DNA of 64,000 nt from Balanoglossus misakiensis. Its lineage: Eukaryota > Animalia > Hemichordata. The number at the start of each line of letters is the position of its first letter. The stretch's first letter is position 1. Shown here in pieces: positions 53,728 through 64,000 of this stretch. The notes beneath the pieces were generated by a model. The model worked only from the letters and a program-made list of their open reading frames with translations. It was not told the DNA's origin and did not search any database. Made by a program: the position numbers and the translations under genes. The DNA is taken from contig CM082592.2 in assembly GCA_040954595.2 (NCBI GenBank), positions 310,001 through 374,000 on the forward strand. Reading direction: 5' to 3'.

Positions 53728-54167
53728 TGTGACAGGTGAAATTAATCTTTTTGGGGGGATGTTTTGTTTTTGTTTCAGTGGAGCCCTTTTCAATGACATT
53801 TTATTGATCGGTTATTGATCCTACATGTTCTGCGCGTAATAATTTGCATATGCATCCAAGCCACCTGGTACGCACTATAAAAGACCCTCAAAGTTATGCC
53901 ACGCGGTTCATTTCATTTCGTTACGCACAACCGTGCAGTTCCGTGGTGGCTGTGCTGTGATATGGTCCGTAGACGACGGTGATTTTGGAGGCCTACTCCT
54001 CTCCGTTAACCTACAAAATGGTGGGGGTTTTCTTTGTATGTCCCCATGCGTATATGTTGCAATAAATCTTGGTTGCATAACTGGAATATTGAGTGCTGTA
54101 CGTTTCATTGGTCCGGGAGTGACGTGTGGAATGAGCGACCCACATTGGAAGTGAACCCTTGGTCACA
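53728..54167 (+). repeat. Gypsy 5' LTR
   Basis: TG..CA ends with a 6-bp terminal inverted repeat, TATAAAA at ~53876 and AATAAA at 54061. Confidence 0.95.
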
Positions 54168-54169
54168 TT

Positions 54170-54187
54170 TGGCGTAGTCGGCAGGAT
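54170..54187 (+). promoter_or_regulatory. Gypsy primer-binding site (tRNA-Ser)
   Basis: TGGCGTAGTCGGCAGGAT lies 2 nt after the LTR and is complementary to the 3' end of animal tRNA-Ser. Confidence 0.88.
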
Positions 54188-56747
54188 ATTATAGACGCTT
54201 TGTTCGTGACTTTTCGAAGATTGCGGCGCCCCTGCATTCTCTTTTGACGGGCAGTGCAGACAGCAAACGACACAAAAGAAAATCGCCGCAGTTGTCCAGG
54301 GAACCATTTACAACACGCTGGACTGCTGAATGTCGCCATGCTTTCCAGAAATTGAAAGACTGTTTGATATCAGCCCCTGTACTTGGATACCCTGATTTTA
54401 CTTTACCTTTCAGATTGGAAACTGATGCCAGTCACAAAGGTCTTGGTGCAGTTTTATCGCAAGATCAAGCCCAGGGAACCGTGGTAATTGCCTATGGAAG
54501 TCGAAGTCTCAAACCCAGTGAACGGAATATGGACAACTACAGTTCTGCAAAGCTGGAATTACTGGCACTGAAATGGGCGATCACTGATAAATTCAGAGAT
54601 TATTTGCTTGGTGCACCATTCACAGTTTATACGGATAATAATCCCCTCAGCTATTTGCAGACGTCCAAGTTGGGTGCCGTGGAGATGAGATGGGTTTCAC
54701 AGCTATCCCAATTCAACTTTACAATCAAATATAGAGCGGGTCATCGAAACAAGAATGCAGATGCTCTAAGCAGACATCCCTGTCCTGAATATGAAACTGT
54801 ACAACTTGTGGAGTGGAAGCCGCATTATCGGACGTGGTGTGTACCTCAGGTTTGCCTGCTGAACTTCGAACCAGTCTAGAAACAACTGCATTTGTCAAGG
54901 GTGTTGATAGCTGTGCCATTGAACTGGAAACGGTAACTTCTCTTCCGACTATTGAAAACTCAAACATGTCTAAACTGCAACATGATGATTCAATTATAGG
55001 GCAAGTTTGGAAATATTGGAAGTCTGGTCATCCACCCCAGCTACGTGAGCTCTTACAAGAAGAAAAGTGTACGAGAAAGCTGCTGCGAAATTGGTCTAAG
55101 CTACAGATGATAGATGATGTCTTATACAGGGTGATATACCAGGACGGGGAAAAGGTAACTCAACTATTGCTACCCGAATGTCTGAAGAAATTAGTATTGA
55201 CGTCATTGCATGACAACACAGGACATCAGGGAATCTAACGCACCCTATCTCTTGTAAGAAATAGATGTTACTGGCCAACTATGGTGAAAGATGTAAATAA
55301 CTGGTGCAAGAAATGTGAAAGGTGTTTACTAGCCAAACAGCCCTATCCGAAGGTCAAACCTGTGATGGGTACAATACGTGCATCTCAGCCATTTGATATT
55401 GTGGCAATGGACTTTACCGTATTGGAACCATCAACAGATGGAAGAGAGAATGTTCTCGTCATAACAGATGTATTCAGCAAATTTACACAGGCCATCCCAA
55501 CCAAGGACCAGCGGGCCCGTACTGTTGCCAAAGTACTAGTGAAGGAGTGGTTTGTTCGATACGGAATTCCTCGCAGATTGCACAGTGACCAGGGGCGCAA
55601 CTTCGAAAGTGACATCATACAAGAACTCTGTAAAATGTATGGCATTGAGAAGTCACGCACAACTCCTTATCATCCTGAAGGAAATGCCCAGTGCGAACGT
55701 TTTAATCGTAGCATGCATGATCTTTTACGTACCCTTGGTGATGACAAGAAAAGAAAATGGACAGAATATTTATCTGAACTGGTTTATATGTACAATGCAA
55801 CTCCTCATTCATCCACAGGACTGTCTCCGCATTTCATTCTCTTTGGACAGGACCCAAGATTGCCAATTGACTATGTACTACAAGGTGATGCGTCCTCGCA
55901 TGAAGAAGACGATGTGGATGACTGGGTCAAAGGTCACAGAGAAAAACTCAGAGACACCTATGCAAAGGCCACAGCCAATATGAAGCAACGAACAGAGGCA
56001 CGACAAGAGCGACATAACAGATATGCAAAAGAAGCGTCTATTCCAATCGGTGGGAGAGTATTCCTCAGAAACCGCAAAGTCAGAGGGAGAAATAAAATTC
56101 AAGACTTTTGGAATCATCTGCCCTACAAAGTGGTGTCTCGACCCGATCCAAAGGTTAATGTGTATACTGTAATGCCTGTTGATGGAATAGGAAAATCCAA
56201 AACTGTACATAGGAATGAACTGCTCGACACAGGACAAGTCGTGGGTGATTCTTTGATTAAATTACCAGAACCGGGAGAAACCATATCTGAAAATGAATTC
56301 GAACCAGAATCCGACTCTAGTAGTGATGATGATGTTCAATCGTATGTTTTACATCTACCTCCTTGCAGTCGTCATGGTGATAGAGACTTTGTGGTACGTC
56401 CGGAAGTGCCTATTGAGGAAAACCAACGGAGACGAAGTCCATACAGAGCAGGGAAGCCTAGCAGGAATATTGCCGATACAGCTCCCTCCACTCCACAAAG
56501 CCACGAGACTTCAATGGAAACTGAACCGGAGGAACGACCGCCACTTCGACGCTCCACAAGGTCAAACTTAGGAGAGAATCCAAATCCCCATAGACTTCCA
56601 CGATCGGTCCTTCAACGTACAGTTTCTGGTGAGCCTGTTCCAGCCACAGTTGCCAAGCCATTTGACAATTTCAGTAAGGCAGTGTCTGAATTGGGGGATA
56701 ACCTTGGACGTATTCTTTTGGAGGGGTGGTTACAATCAATAAAATAA
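54181..56747 (+). pseudogene. Gypsy pol remnant: RT thumb, RNase H and integrase (frameshift ~54810, stop 55236-55238)
   Basis: Motifs AGYYRRFVRDFSKIAAPL, ETDASHKGLGAVLSQ, YSSAKLELLAL, TDNNPL, NADALSR, HHCC (LHDNTGHQGI*R...CKKCERC), AMDF, HSDQGRNF and YHPEGNAQCERFN. Confidence 0.93.
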
Positions 56748-56836
56748 AATAAAAAAAATATATAATCGCGGAATTTGAAATAAATCTTTAAAAAAATTTA
56801 TAAATGTTTTTCGTGTGTGTCCGAGACGACACACAC

Positions 56837-56850
56837 AGAGCAGGGAAGAA
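56837..56850 (+). promoter_or_regulatory. Gypsy polypurine tract
   Basis: AGAGCAGGGAAGAA immediately precedes the 3' LTR. Confidence 0.8.
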
Positions 56851-57290
56851 TGTGACAGGTGAAATTAATCTTTTTGGGGGGATGTTTTGTTTTTGTTTCA
56901 GTGGAGCCCTTTTCAATGACATTTTATTGATCGGTTATTGATCCTACATGTTCTGCGCGTAATAATTTGCATATGCATCCAAGCCACCTGGTACGCACTA
57001 TAAAAGACCCTCAAAGTTATGCCACGCGGTTCATTTCATTTCGTTACGCACAACCGTGCAGTTCCGTGGTGGCTGTGATGTGATATGGTCCGTAGACGAC
57101 GGTGATTTTGGAGGCCTACTCCTCTCCGTTAACCTACAAAGTGGTGGGGGTTTTCTTTGTATGTCCCCATGCGTATATGTTGCAATAAATCTTGGTTGCA
57201 TAACTGGAATATTGAGTGCTGTACGTTTCATTGGTCCGGGAGTGACGTGTGGAATGAGCGACCCACATTGGAAGTGAACCCTTGGTCACA
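56851..57290 (+). repeat. Gypsy 3' LTR
   Basis: 440 bp. I can see two substitutions relative to the 5' LTR. Confidence 0.95.
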
Positions 57291-60200
57291 GACTTTTTTC
57301 GAAAAATTGTCTTTTTTACAAAATAAATAAGAATAAATTCTTTTCTTAGTTTCAAACGGGTAGAGATACTTTCCACACGGGTTTTCTAACATTGAGTTCC
57401 CGTTCATCAACTCAGATTTCCTACAGCATAAGTCGGCTAAAACCCTGACACTCTAGAGCAGAAACAGTTGCACACTGGTAACGTTGAACAAGTCGATTTT
57501 TCTACGGCCTGGCTCGGCTAAATCTCCGTCACAATATGACAGACACTAGCGTACGTTAGCAACGGTGATCAAGTCAGATTTTCTACGGCATGGCTTGGCT
57601 AAAGCCCTGGCACTATAGACCATAAACACGCGTACAGAGACCACGTTGATCTACTCACATTTCCTTCGGCCTGGCACGGCTGATGCCCCGGCACTATATA
57701 TAGGACACAGACTGGCGTTAGTTAACAACGGTAATCACGTCGGGTTTCCTACGGCCTGGCTCAGCTGAAGCCCCGGCACTCTAGAGCAGAAACAGGCGTA
57801 CATTGACCACGTTGATCAAGTCAGATTTCCTACGGCGAGACTCGGCTGGTGCACCGGCTCTATATGACACAGACTGGCGTAAGTTATCAACGGTGATTAC
57901 GTCGGATTTCCTACGGCCTGGTTTAGCTGAAGCCCCGGCACTTTAGAGCGGAAACACGCGTACATTGACCACGATGATCAAGTCAGATCTCCTACGGCCT
58001 GGCTCGACTAAAACCCCGGCACACCATGACAGACACTAGCGTTCGTTAGCAACGTTGATCAAGTCAGATTTCCTACGGCATGGCTTGGCTAAAGCCCTGG
58101 CACTCTAGAGCAGAAACACGCGTACAGAGACCACGTTGATCTACTCATATTTCCTTCGGCCTGGCACGGCTAATGCCCCGGCACTATATATAGGACACAG
58201 ACTGGCGTAAGTTAACAACGGTAATCACGTCGGGTTTCCTACGGCCTGGCTCAGCTGAAGCCCCGGCACTCTACAGCAGAAACAGGCGTACATTGACCAC
58301 GTTGATCAAGTCAGATTTCCTACGGCGTGACTCGGCTGGTGCACCGGCTCTATATGACACAGACTGGCGTAAGTTATTAACGGTGATTACGTCGGATTTC
58401 CTACGGCCTGGTTTAGCTGAAGCCCCGGCACTTTAGAGCGGAAACACGCGTACATTGCCCACGATGATCAAGTCAGATGTCCTACGGCCTGGCTCGACTA
58501 AAACCCCGGCACACTATGACAGACACTAGCGTTCGTTAGCAACGGTGATCAAGTCGGATTTCCTTCGGCCTGGCTCTGCAAAAGACCCGACACTCTAGTA
58601 CAAAGACGTTGGCTAAGTCTGGCAAACCGAAGAGGGAAAGTCACAGCGGGTCAACACTCGACATTTGTTCGGGTAGGACTGCATTATTGCCTGTCAATTT
58701 ATAGAGAAAGCCCGAATTTAACCAGGGCGTTTCAAACACCGACGTTAGTTGGGGGGCACGGCCTGCAGTACTGCCGGGTAAGCTGACATTGGCGTACCGC
58801 ATATAATGTAGGGGGGGGGTGGGGGGGGGGGGTGGGGAACAGAACGGTTCAATACTACATTTATTAGATATCAGCTAATTTTGGACAATCATCTAAAATC
58901 TAAAATATTTGGATATCTGATGATGTATGAAATTTCCATTATATGTAAAAATGGTGCTGATTATAAAAAAATGCACTCTGATTTAATACAAAATTGCGTT
59001 TTATTCGTTTTTGCACCAAAAAGGTCATTTTTAGGCAAAACATTCATTATTTTTTTAATTTGATGACCTGATCAAATATAAACAATTGCTTGTATGTTAA
59101 CAGTTTTTATGACTTTTAAAAGCAGTGACACTGGCGGCATTCAACACGAAAATAACAATTTTAGCCACAATTTGGTCAAAATTGTAAATTTTTGAAAATT
59201 ACAAAAAATACCTGTTTTCTACATTTTCGGAAATCTGAAGGAGTATAGAATGCTCTTCGTATGTATATATCGATACAAATTCCACAAAAGACCGTCTAAT
59301 TTGGCTCACTGCAGACAAAATTGCGTTTTACCAAATTTTCCTTGAAAATGTCATTTTTAGAAAAAAAAATAAAAAAACCTTTGTTCTTCGAATTTGGTGC
59401 CCTGATCATATATGACATGTTGATTGTATGTTAAAACTTTTGACCACTCCAAAAATGCAGAGATATTGACGGAATTCAAGAAAAAATAGCCATTTTGGCC
59501 ATATTTTGACAAAAATAGTAAATTTTTAAAAAATCATAAAAAATTAACTGTTTTCTTCATTTTCGGAAATATTATGGAGCATGAAGTGTCGTTCTCTTGT
59601 AAAAAGTGCTGCAAATTCCAGAAAAGGCGGTATAATTTGAATCACCCATGACAAAATTACCATTTTCGACTTTTTTCGAAAAATTGTGATTTTTACAAAA
59701 TAAATAAGAATAAATTCTTTTCTTAGTTTCAAAAGGGTAGAGACACTTTCCACACAGGGTTTTTAACATTGAATTCCCGTTCATCAACTCAGATTTCCTA
59801 CAGCATAAGTCGGCTAAAACCCTGACACTCCAGAGCAGAAACAGTTGCACACTGGTAACGTTGAACAAGTCGATTTTTCTACGGCCTGGCTCGACTAAAA
59901 CCCCGGCACACTATGACAGACACTAGCGTTCGTTAGCAACGTTGATCAAGTCAGATTTCCTACGGCATGGCTTTGCTAAATCCCTGACACTCTAGAGCAG
60001 AAACACGCGTACAGAGACCACGTTGATCTACTCACATTTCCTTCGGCCTGGCACGGCTGATGCCCCGGCACTATATATAGGACACAGACTGGCGTAAGTT
60101 AACATCGGTAATCACGTCGGGTTTCCTACGGCCTGGCTCAGCTGAAGCCCCGGCACTCTAGAGCAGAAACATGCGTACATTGACCACGTTGATCAAGTCA

Positions 60201-62787
60201 GATTTCCTACGGCGTGACTCGGCTGGTGCACCGGCTCTATATGACACAGACTGGCGTAAGTTATCAACGGTGATTACGTCGGATTTCCTACGGCCTGGTT
60301 TAGCTGAAGCCCCGGCACTTTAGAGCGGAAACACGCGTACATTGACCACGATGATCAAGTCAGATCTCCTACGGCCTGGCTCGACTAAAACCCCGGCACA
60401 CCATGACAGACACTAGCGTTTGTTAGCAACGGTGATCAAGTCGGTATTCCTTCGGCCTGGCTCTGCAAAAGACCCGACACTCTAGCACAAAGACGTTGGC
60501 TAAGTCGGGCAAACCGAAGAGGGAAAGTCACAGCGGGTCAACACTCGACATTTGTTCGGGTAGGACTGCATTATTGCCTGTCAATTTATAGAGAGAGCCC
60601 GAATTTAACCAGGGCGTTTCAAACACCGACGTTAGTTGGGGGCACGGCCTGCAGTACTGCCGGGTAAGCTGACATCGGCGTACCGCATATAATGTAGGGG
60701 GGGGGGGACAGAACGGTTCAATACTACATTTATTAGATATCAGCTAATTTTGGACAATCATCTAAAATCTAAATCATTTTTTCATATTTGGATGTCTGAT
60801 GATGTATGAAATTTCCATTATATGTAAAAATGGTGCTGATTATAAAAAATGCACTCTGAATGAGCTGATTTAATACAAAATTGCGTTTTATTCGTTTTTG
60901 CACCAAAAAAGGTCATTTTTAGGGAAAACATTCTTTATTTTTTTAATTCGGTGATCTGATCATATATAAACAATTGCTTGTATGTTAAAAGTTTGTATGA
61001 CTTTTAAAAGCAGTGACACTGGCGGCATTCAACACGATAATAACAATTTTAGCCACAATTTGGTCAAAATGGTAAATTTTTGAAAATTACAAAAAATACC
61101 TGTTTTCTACATTTTCGGAAATCTGATGGAGTATAGAATGCTCTTCGTATATATATATCGATACAAATTCCACAAAAAAAACGGCCAATTTGGCTCACTG
61201 CAGACAAAATTGCGTTTTACCAAATTTTCCTGGAAAATGTCATTTTTAGAAAAAAAAATAAAAAAACCTTTGTTCTTCGAATTTGGTGCCCTGATCTTAT
61301 ATGACATGGGGATTGTATGTTAAAACTCTCGACCACTCCAAAAATGCAGAGATATTGACGGAATTCAAGACAAAATAGCCATTTTGGCCATATTTTGACA
61401 AAAATAGTAAATTTTTAAAAAATCATAAAAAATTAACTCTTTTCTTCATTTTCGGAAATATTATGGAGCATGAAGTGTCCTTCTCTTGTAAAAAGTGCTG
61501 CAAATTCCAGAAAAGGCGGTATAATTTGAATCACCCAAGACAAAATTACCATTATCGACTTTTTTTCGAAAAATTGTCTTTTTTACAAAATAAATAAGAA
61601 TAAATTCTTTTCTTAGTTTCAAACGGGTAGAGATACTTTCCACACGGGTTTTCTAACATTGAATTCCCGTTCATCAACTCAGATTTCCTACAGCATAAGT
61701 CGGCTAAAACCCTAACACTCTAGAGCAGAAACAGTTGCACACTGGTAACGTTGAACAAGTCGATTGTTCTACGGCCTGGCTCGGCTAAATCTCCGTCACA
61801 ATATGACAGACACTAGCGTACGTTAGCAACGGTGATCAAGTCAGATTTTCTACGGCATGGCTTGGATAAAGCCCCGGCACTCTAGAGCAGAAACACGCGT
61901 ACAGAGACCACGTTGATCAAGTCTGATCTCCTACGGCTTGGCTCGACTAAAACCCCGGCACACTATGACAGACACTAGCGTACGTTAGCAACGGTGATCA
62001 AGTCAGATTTTCTACGGCATGGCTTGGCTAAAGCCCTGGCACTCTAGAGCAGAAACACGCGTACGGAGACCACGTTGATCTACTCACATTTCCTTCGGCC
62101 TGGCACGGCTGATGCCCCGGCACTACATATAGGACACAGACTGGCGTAAGTTAACAACGGTAATCACGTCGGGTTTCCTACGGCCTCGCTCAGCTGAAGC
62201 CCCGGCATTCTAGAGCAGAAACATTGCGTACATAGACCACGTTGATCAAGTCAGATTTCCTACGGCCTGGCTCGACTAAAACCCCGGCACACCATGACAG
62301 ACACTAGCGTTCGTTAGCAACGGTGATCAAGTCGGATTTCCTTCGGCCTGGCTCTGCAAAAGACCCGACACTCTAGTACAAAGACGTTGGCTAAGTCGGG
62401 CAAACCGAAGAGGGAAAGTCACAGCGGGTCAACACTCGACATTTGTTCGGGTAGGACTGCATTATTGCCTGTCAATTTATAGAGAAAGCCCGAATTTAAC
62501 CAGGGCGTTTCAAACACCGACGTTAGTTGGGGGCACGGCCTGCAGTACTGCCGGGTAAGCTGACATCGGCGTACCGCATATAATGTAGGGGGGGGGGGGG
62601 AAACAGAACGGTTCAATACTACATTTATTAGATATCAGCTAATTTTGGACAATCATCTAAAATCTAAATCATTTTTTCATATTTGGATATCTGATGATGT
62701 ATGAAATTTCCATCATATGTAAAAATGGTGCTGATTATAAAAAATGCACTCTGAATGAGCTGATTTAATACAAAATTGCGTTTTATT

Positions 62788-63590
62788 CGTTCGTGGGACT
62801 TATATATAACCCAGTTTTGGCGCTTTCGGGCAGCTTTTTGTAAGGAGCTCTGTGGTGTTACTTTGTTGTTGGATTCAGATGGTAATAAACCAGTGTTTTA
62901 CCTAGCACTGAATCGTTCGCTTCTTTTCCGACGTCAGTATACTCGAACCCCCTCCCGGGAGTATTGATCACTGCCACGATACTTCCCCACATTTTTGGTG
63001 CCGAGACCAGGATAACCGAGCAAGATGTCGGAACAAGAACACATCGCGCCACAAGATGGACAACAAGAGGATCAGCCAACAGCGTTGACAAAACTGAAGA
63101 GATCGCGTCGTGGTCAACGCGCACAAGTGACCCGACTGTTCAACCGGGCCGACACCCTCATGAACAATTTCGTAGACGTCGGTACAGACAAGCCGACTAC
63201 ACTCGACACGCTGGAAGGGCTGAACGAACAACTTTCGAACAAGATCCGTCTACTCGCCGACCTCGAGGTGAGAATCCTCGATCTGATTGACGATGAACAC
63301 TTTGACGAAGAAAATGAAACTTCAGGCGACTACCAGGCCGAAATCTTCGAACACAATCATCGCATCGCATCTTTCATCAAGAAAAACAAATCGGAGATGC
63401 GGACAACTACTACTAGTACTGGTAATGTAACGGGAAGCAGCCTCGGCAACGCGACGCCTCGTAAAACAGTAACTCTACCGAAACTCCAGCTGCAAACTTT
63501 CTCAGGCAATGTAATAGAATGGTCGAGTTTCTTCGATGTATTCAAGTCTTCGATACCTTCGGACACTAATTTGGACAACATTCAGAAGTA
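62788..63590 (+). mobile_element. BEL/Pao element: 5'-truncated LTR, PBS and start of gag, interrupted by a LINE
   Basis: The LTR part 62788-62991 matches the solo LTR at 28319-28522. PBS TGGTGCCGAGACCAGGAT at 62996-63013 is tRNA-His-like. Confidence 0.9.
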
Positions 63591-63591
63591 G
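63025..63591 (+). pseudogene. BEL/Pao gag N-terminus (DUF1759-like), truncated
   Basis: LKRSRRGQRAQVTRL coiled coil and VTLPKLQLQTFSGNVIEWSSFFDVFKSSI...LDNIQK. The stop is created at the junction with the next insertion. Confidence 0.88.
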
Positions 63592-64000
63592 TATTAAGAT
63601 GGCGCCGTTCTATGGCGACACTTCACGTCGCGCTCTTGTGTTTTTTGCCGTTATCTTCTTTGTACTCATGTCTGATGTCTCAACTCTCCTTGTGTATGAT
63701 CGTGAACAACTTCTGGATATCAAGACTACAGTGGGTGAGCTCAAACTTAAACTGAACTGTCATTTTTGCGACTTTCTATTTTGTACCTCAACTACGGATA
63801 ATGGCCACCAAAGCAAACATGTAGAAGATGAGCCCACGGTTCGTCGCAAACGTAAACGGGGAAGAAGGGGTGGTGCCCTGGCGAAACTTCGGCGACGTTC
63901 TTCGAGACCCCCTCTTCCAGGCATTCACCTAGCAATCGTTCAATCAATCGACAACAAATTGGACGAAATTTTCTGCCGCATCAAAAATCAACGCGATATG
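63590..64000 (+). mobile_element. 5' end of a Rex1/Rex-Babar-like non-LTR retrotransposon (runs off the window)
   Basis: Begins ..AAGATGGCGCCG with an open frame from 63599 to the window end carrying Rex1-type N-terminal motifs. Confidence 0.8.
63599..64000 (+). CDS. Rex1-like ORF N-terminus and start of APE endonuclease (partial; not in the supplied ORF track)
   Basis: My translation: MAPFYGDTSRRALVFFAVIFFVLMSDVSTLLVYDREQLLDIK...RRKRKRGRRGGALAKLRRRSSRPPLPGIHLAIVQSIDNKLDEIFCRIKNQRDM. Confidence 0.8.
   Translation, partial: MAPFYGDTSRRALVFFAVIFFVLMSDVSTLLVYDREQLLDIKTTVGELKLKLNCHFCDFLFCTSTTDNGHQSKHVEDEPTVRRKRKRGRRGGALAKLRRRSSRPPLPGIHLAIVQSIDNKLDEIFCRIKNQRDM

Larger units (their letters stand above)
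53728..57290 (+). mobile_element. Ty3/Gypsy LTR retrotransposon, internally deleted (no gag, protease or RT core)
   Basis: 440-bp LTRs TGTGAC...GTCACA, 4-bp TSD GACT (53724-53727, 57291-57294), PBS and PPT present, and RNase H precedes integrase. Confidence 0.96.
1..62790. repeat. Tandem macrosatellite, ~2.05-kb unit, ~21 copies, interrupted by TEs
   Basis: The anchor GCATTCAACACGAAAATAA (with minor variants) recurs at 1, 4846, 6899, 8781, 13299, 15351, 17231, 19111, 20993, 28149, 30547, 32593, 34969, 37025, 39042, 41083, 43138, 45190, 47233, 59137 and 61025. Uninterrupted spacings are 1880-2376 bp and units are nearly identical. Confidence 0.98.

Overview
Eukaryotic, apparently animal, repeat-only DNA with no host genes. 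A marine invertebrate is my inference from the repeat families. The backbone is a tandem macrosatellite of about 21 units of roughly 2.05 kb (variants 1.88-2.38 kb). Each unit has about 11 GC-rich 81-bp subrepeats, a ~240-bp hairpin/poly-G core, and an AT-rich part built from diverged ~165-bp subrepeats. The array is interrupted by many transposons with readable junctions: an internally deleted Tx1-clade LINE (two copies, from an 8.46-kb segmental duplication), three HINE/Helentron-like elements nested inside one another with a Tc1/mariner MITE in the middle one, a BEL/Pao solo LTR, a near-complete Ngaro tyrosine-recombinase retroelement, an internally deleted Gypsy element, and a truncated BEL/Pao element interrupted by a Rex1-like LINE at the window end. 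The most interesting observations are: all retroelements lie on the + strand and each carries a lesion (possible uni-strand TE trap or piRNA cluster), the HINE-like family appears to target itself, the 81-bp subrepeat may derive from 5S rDNA, and each unit has a structured core that could be a small RNA. Family calls come from motif recognition only; no database search was run.
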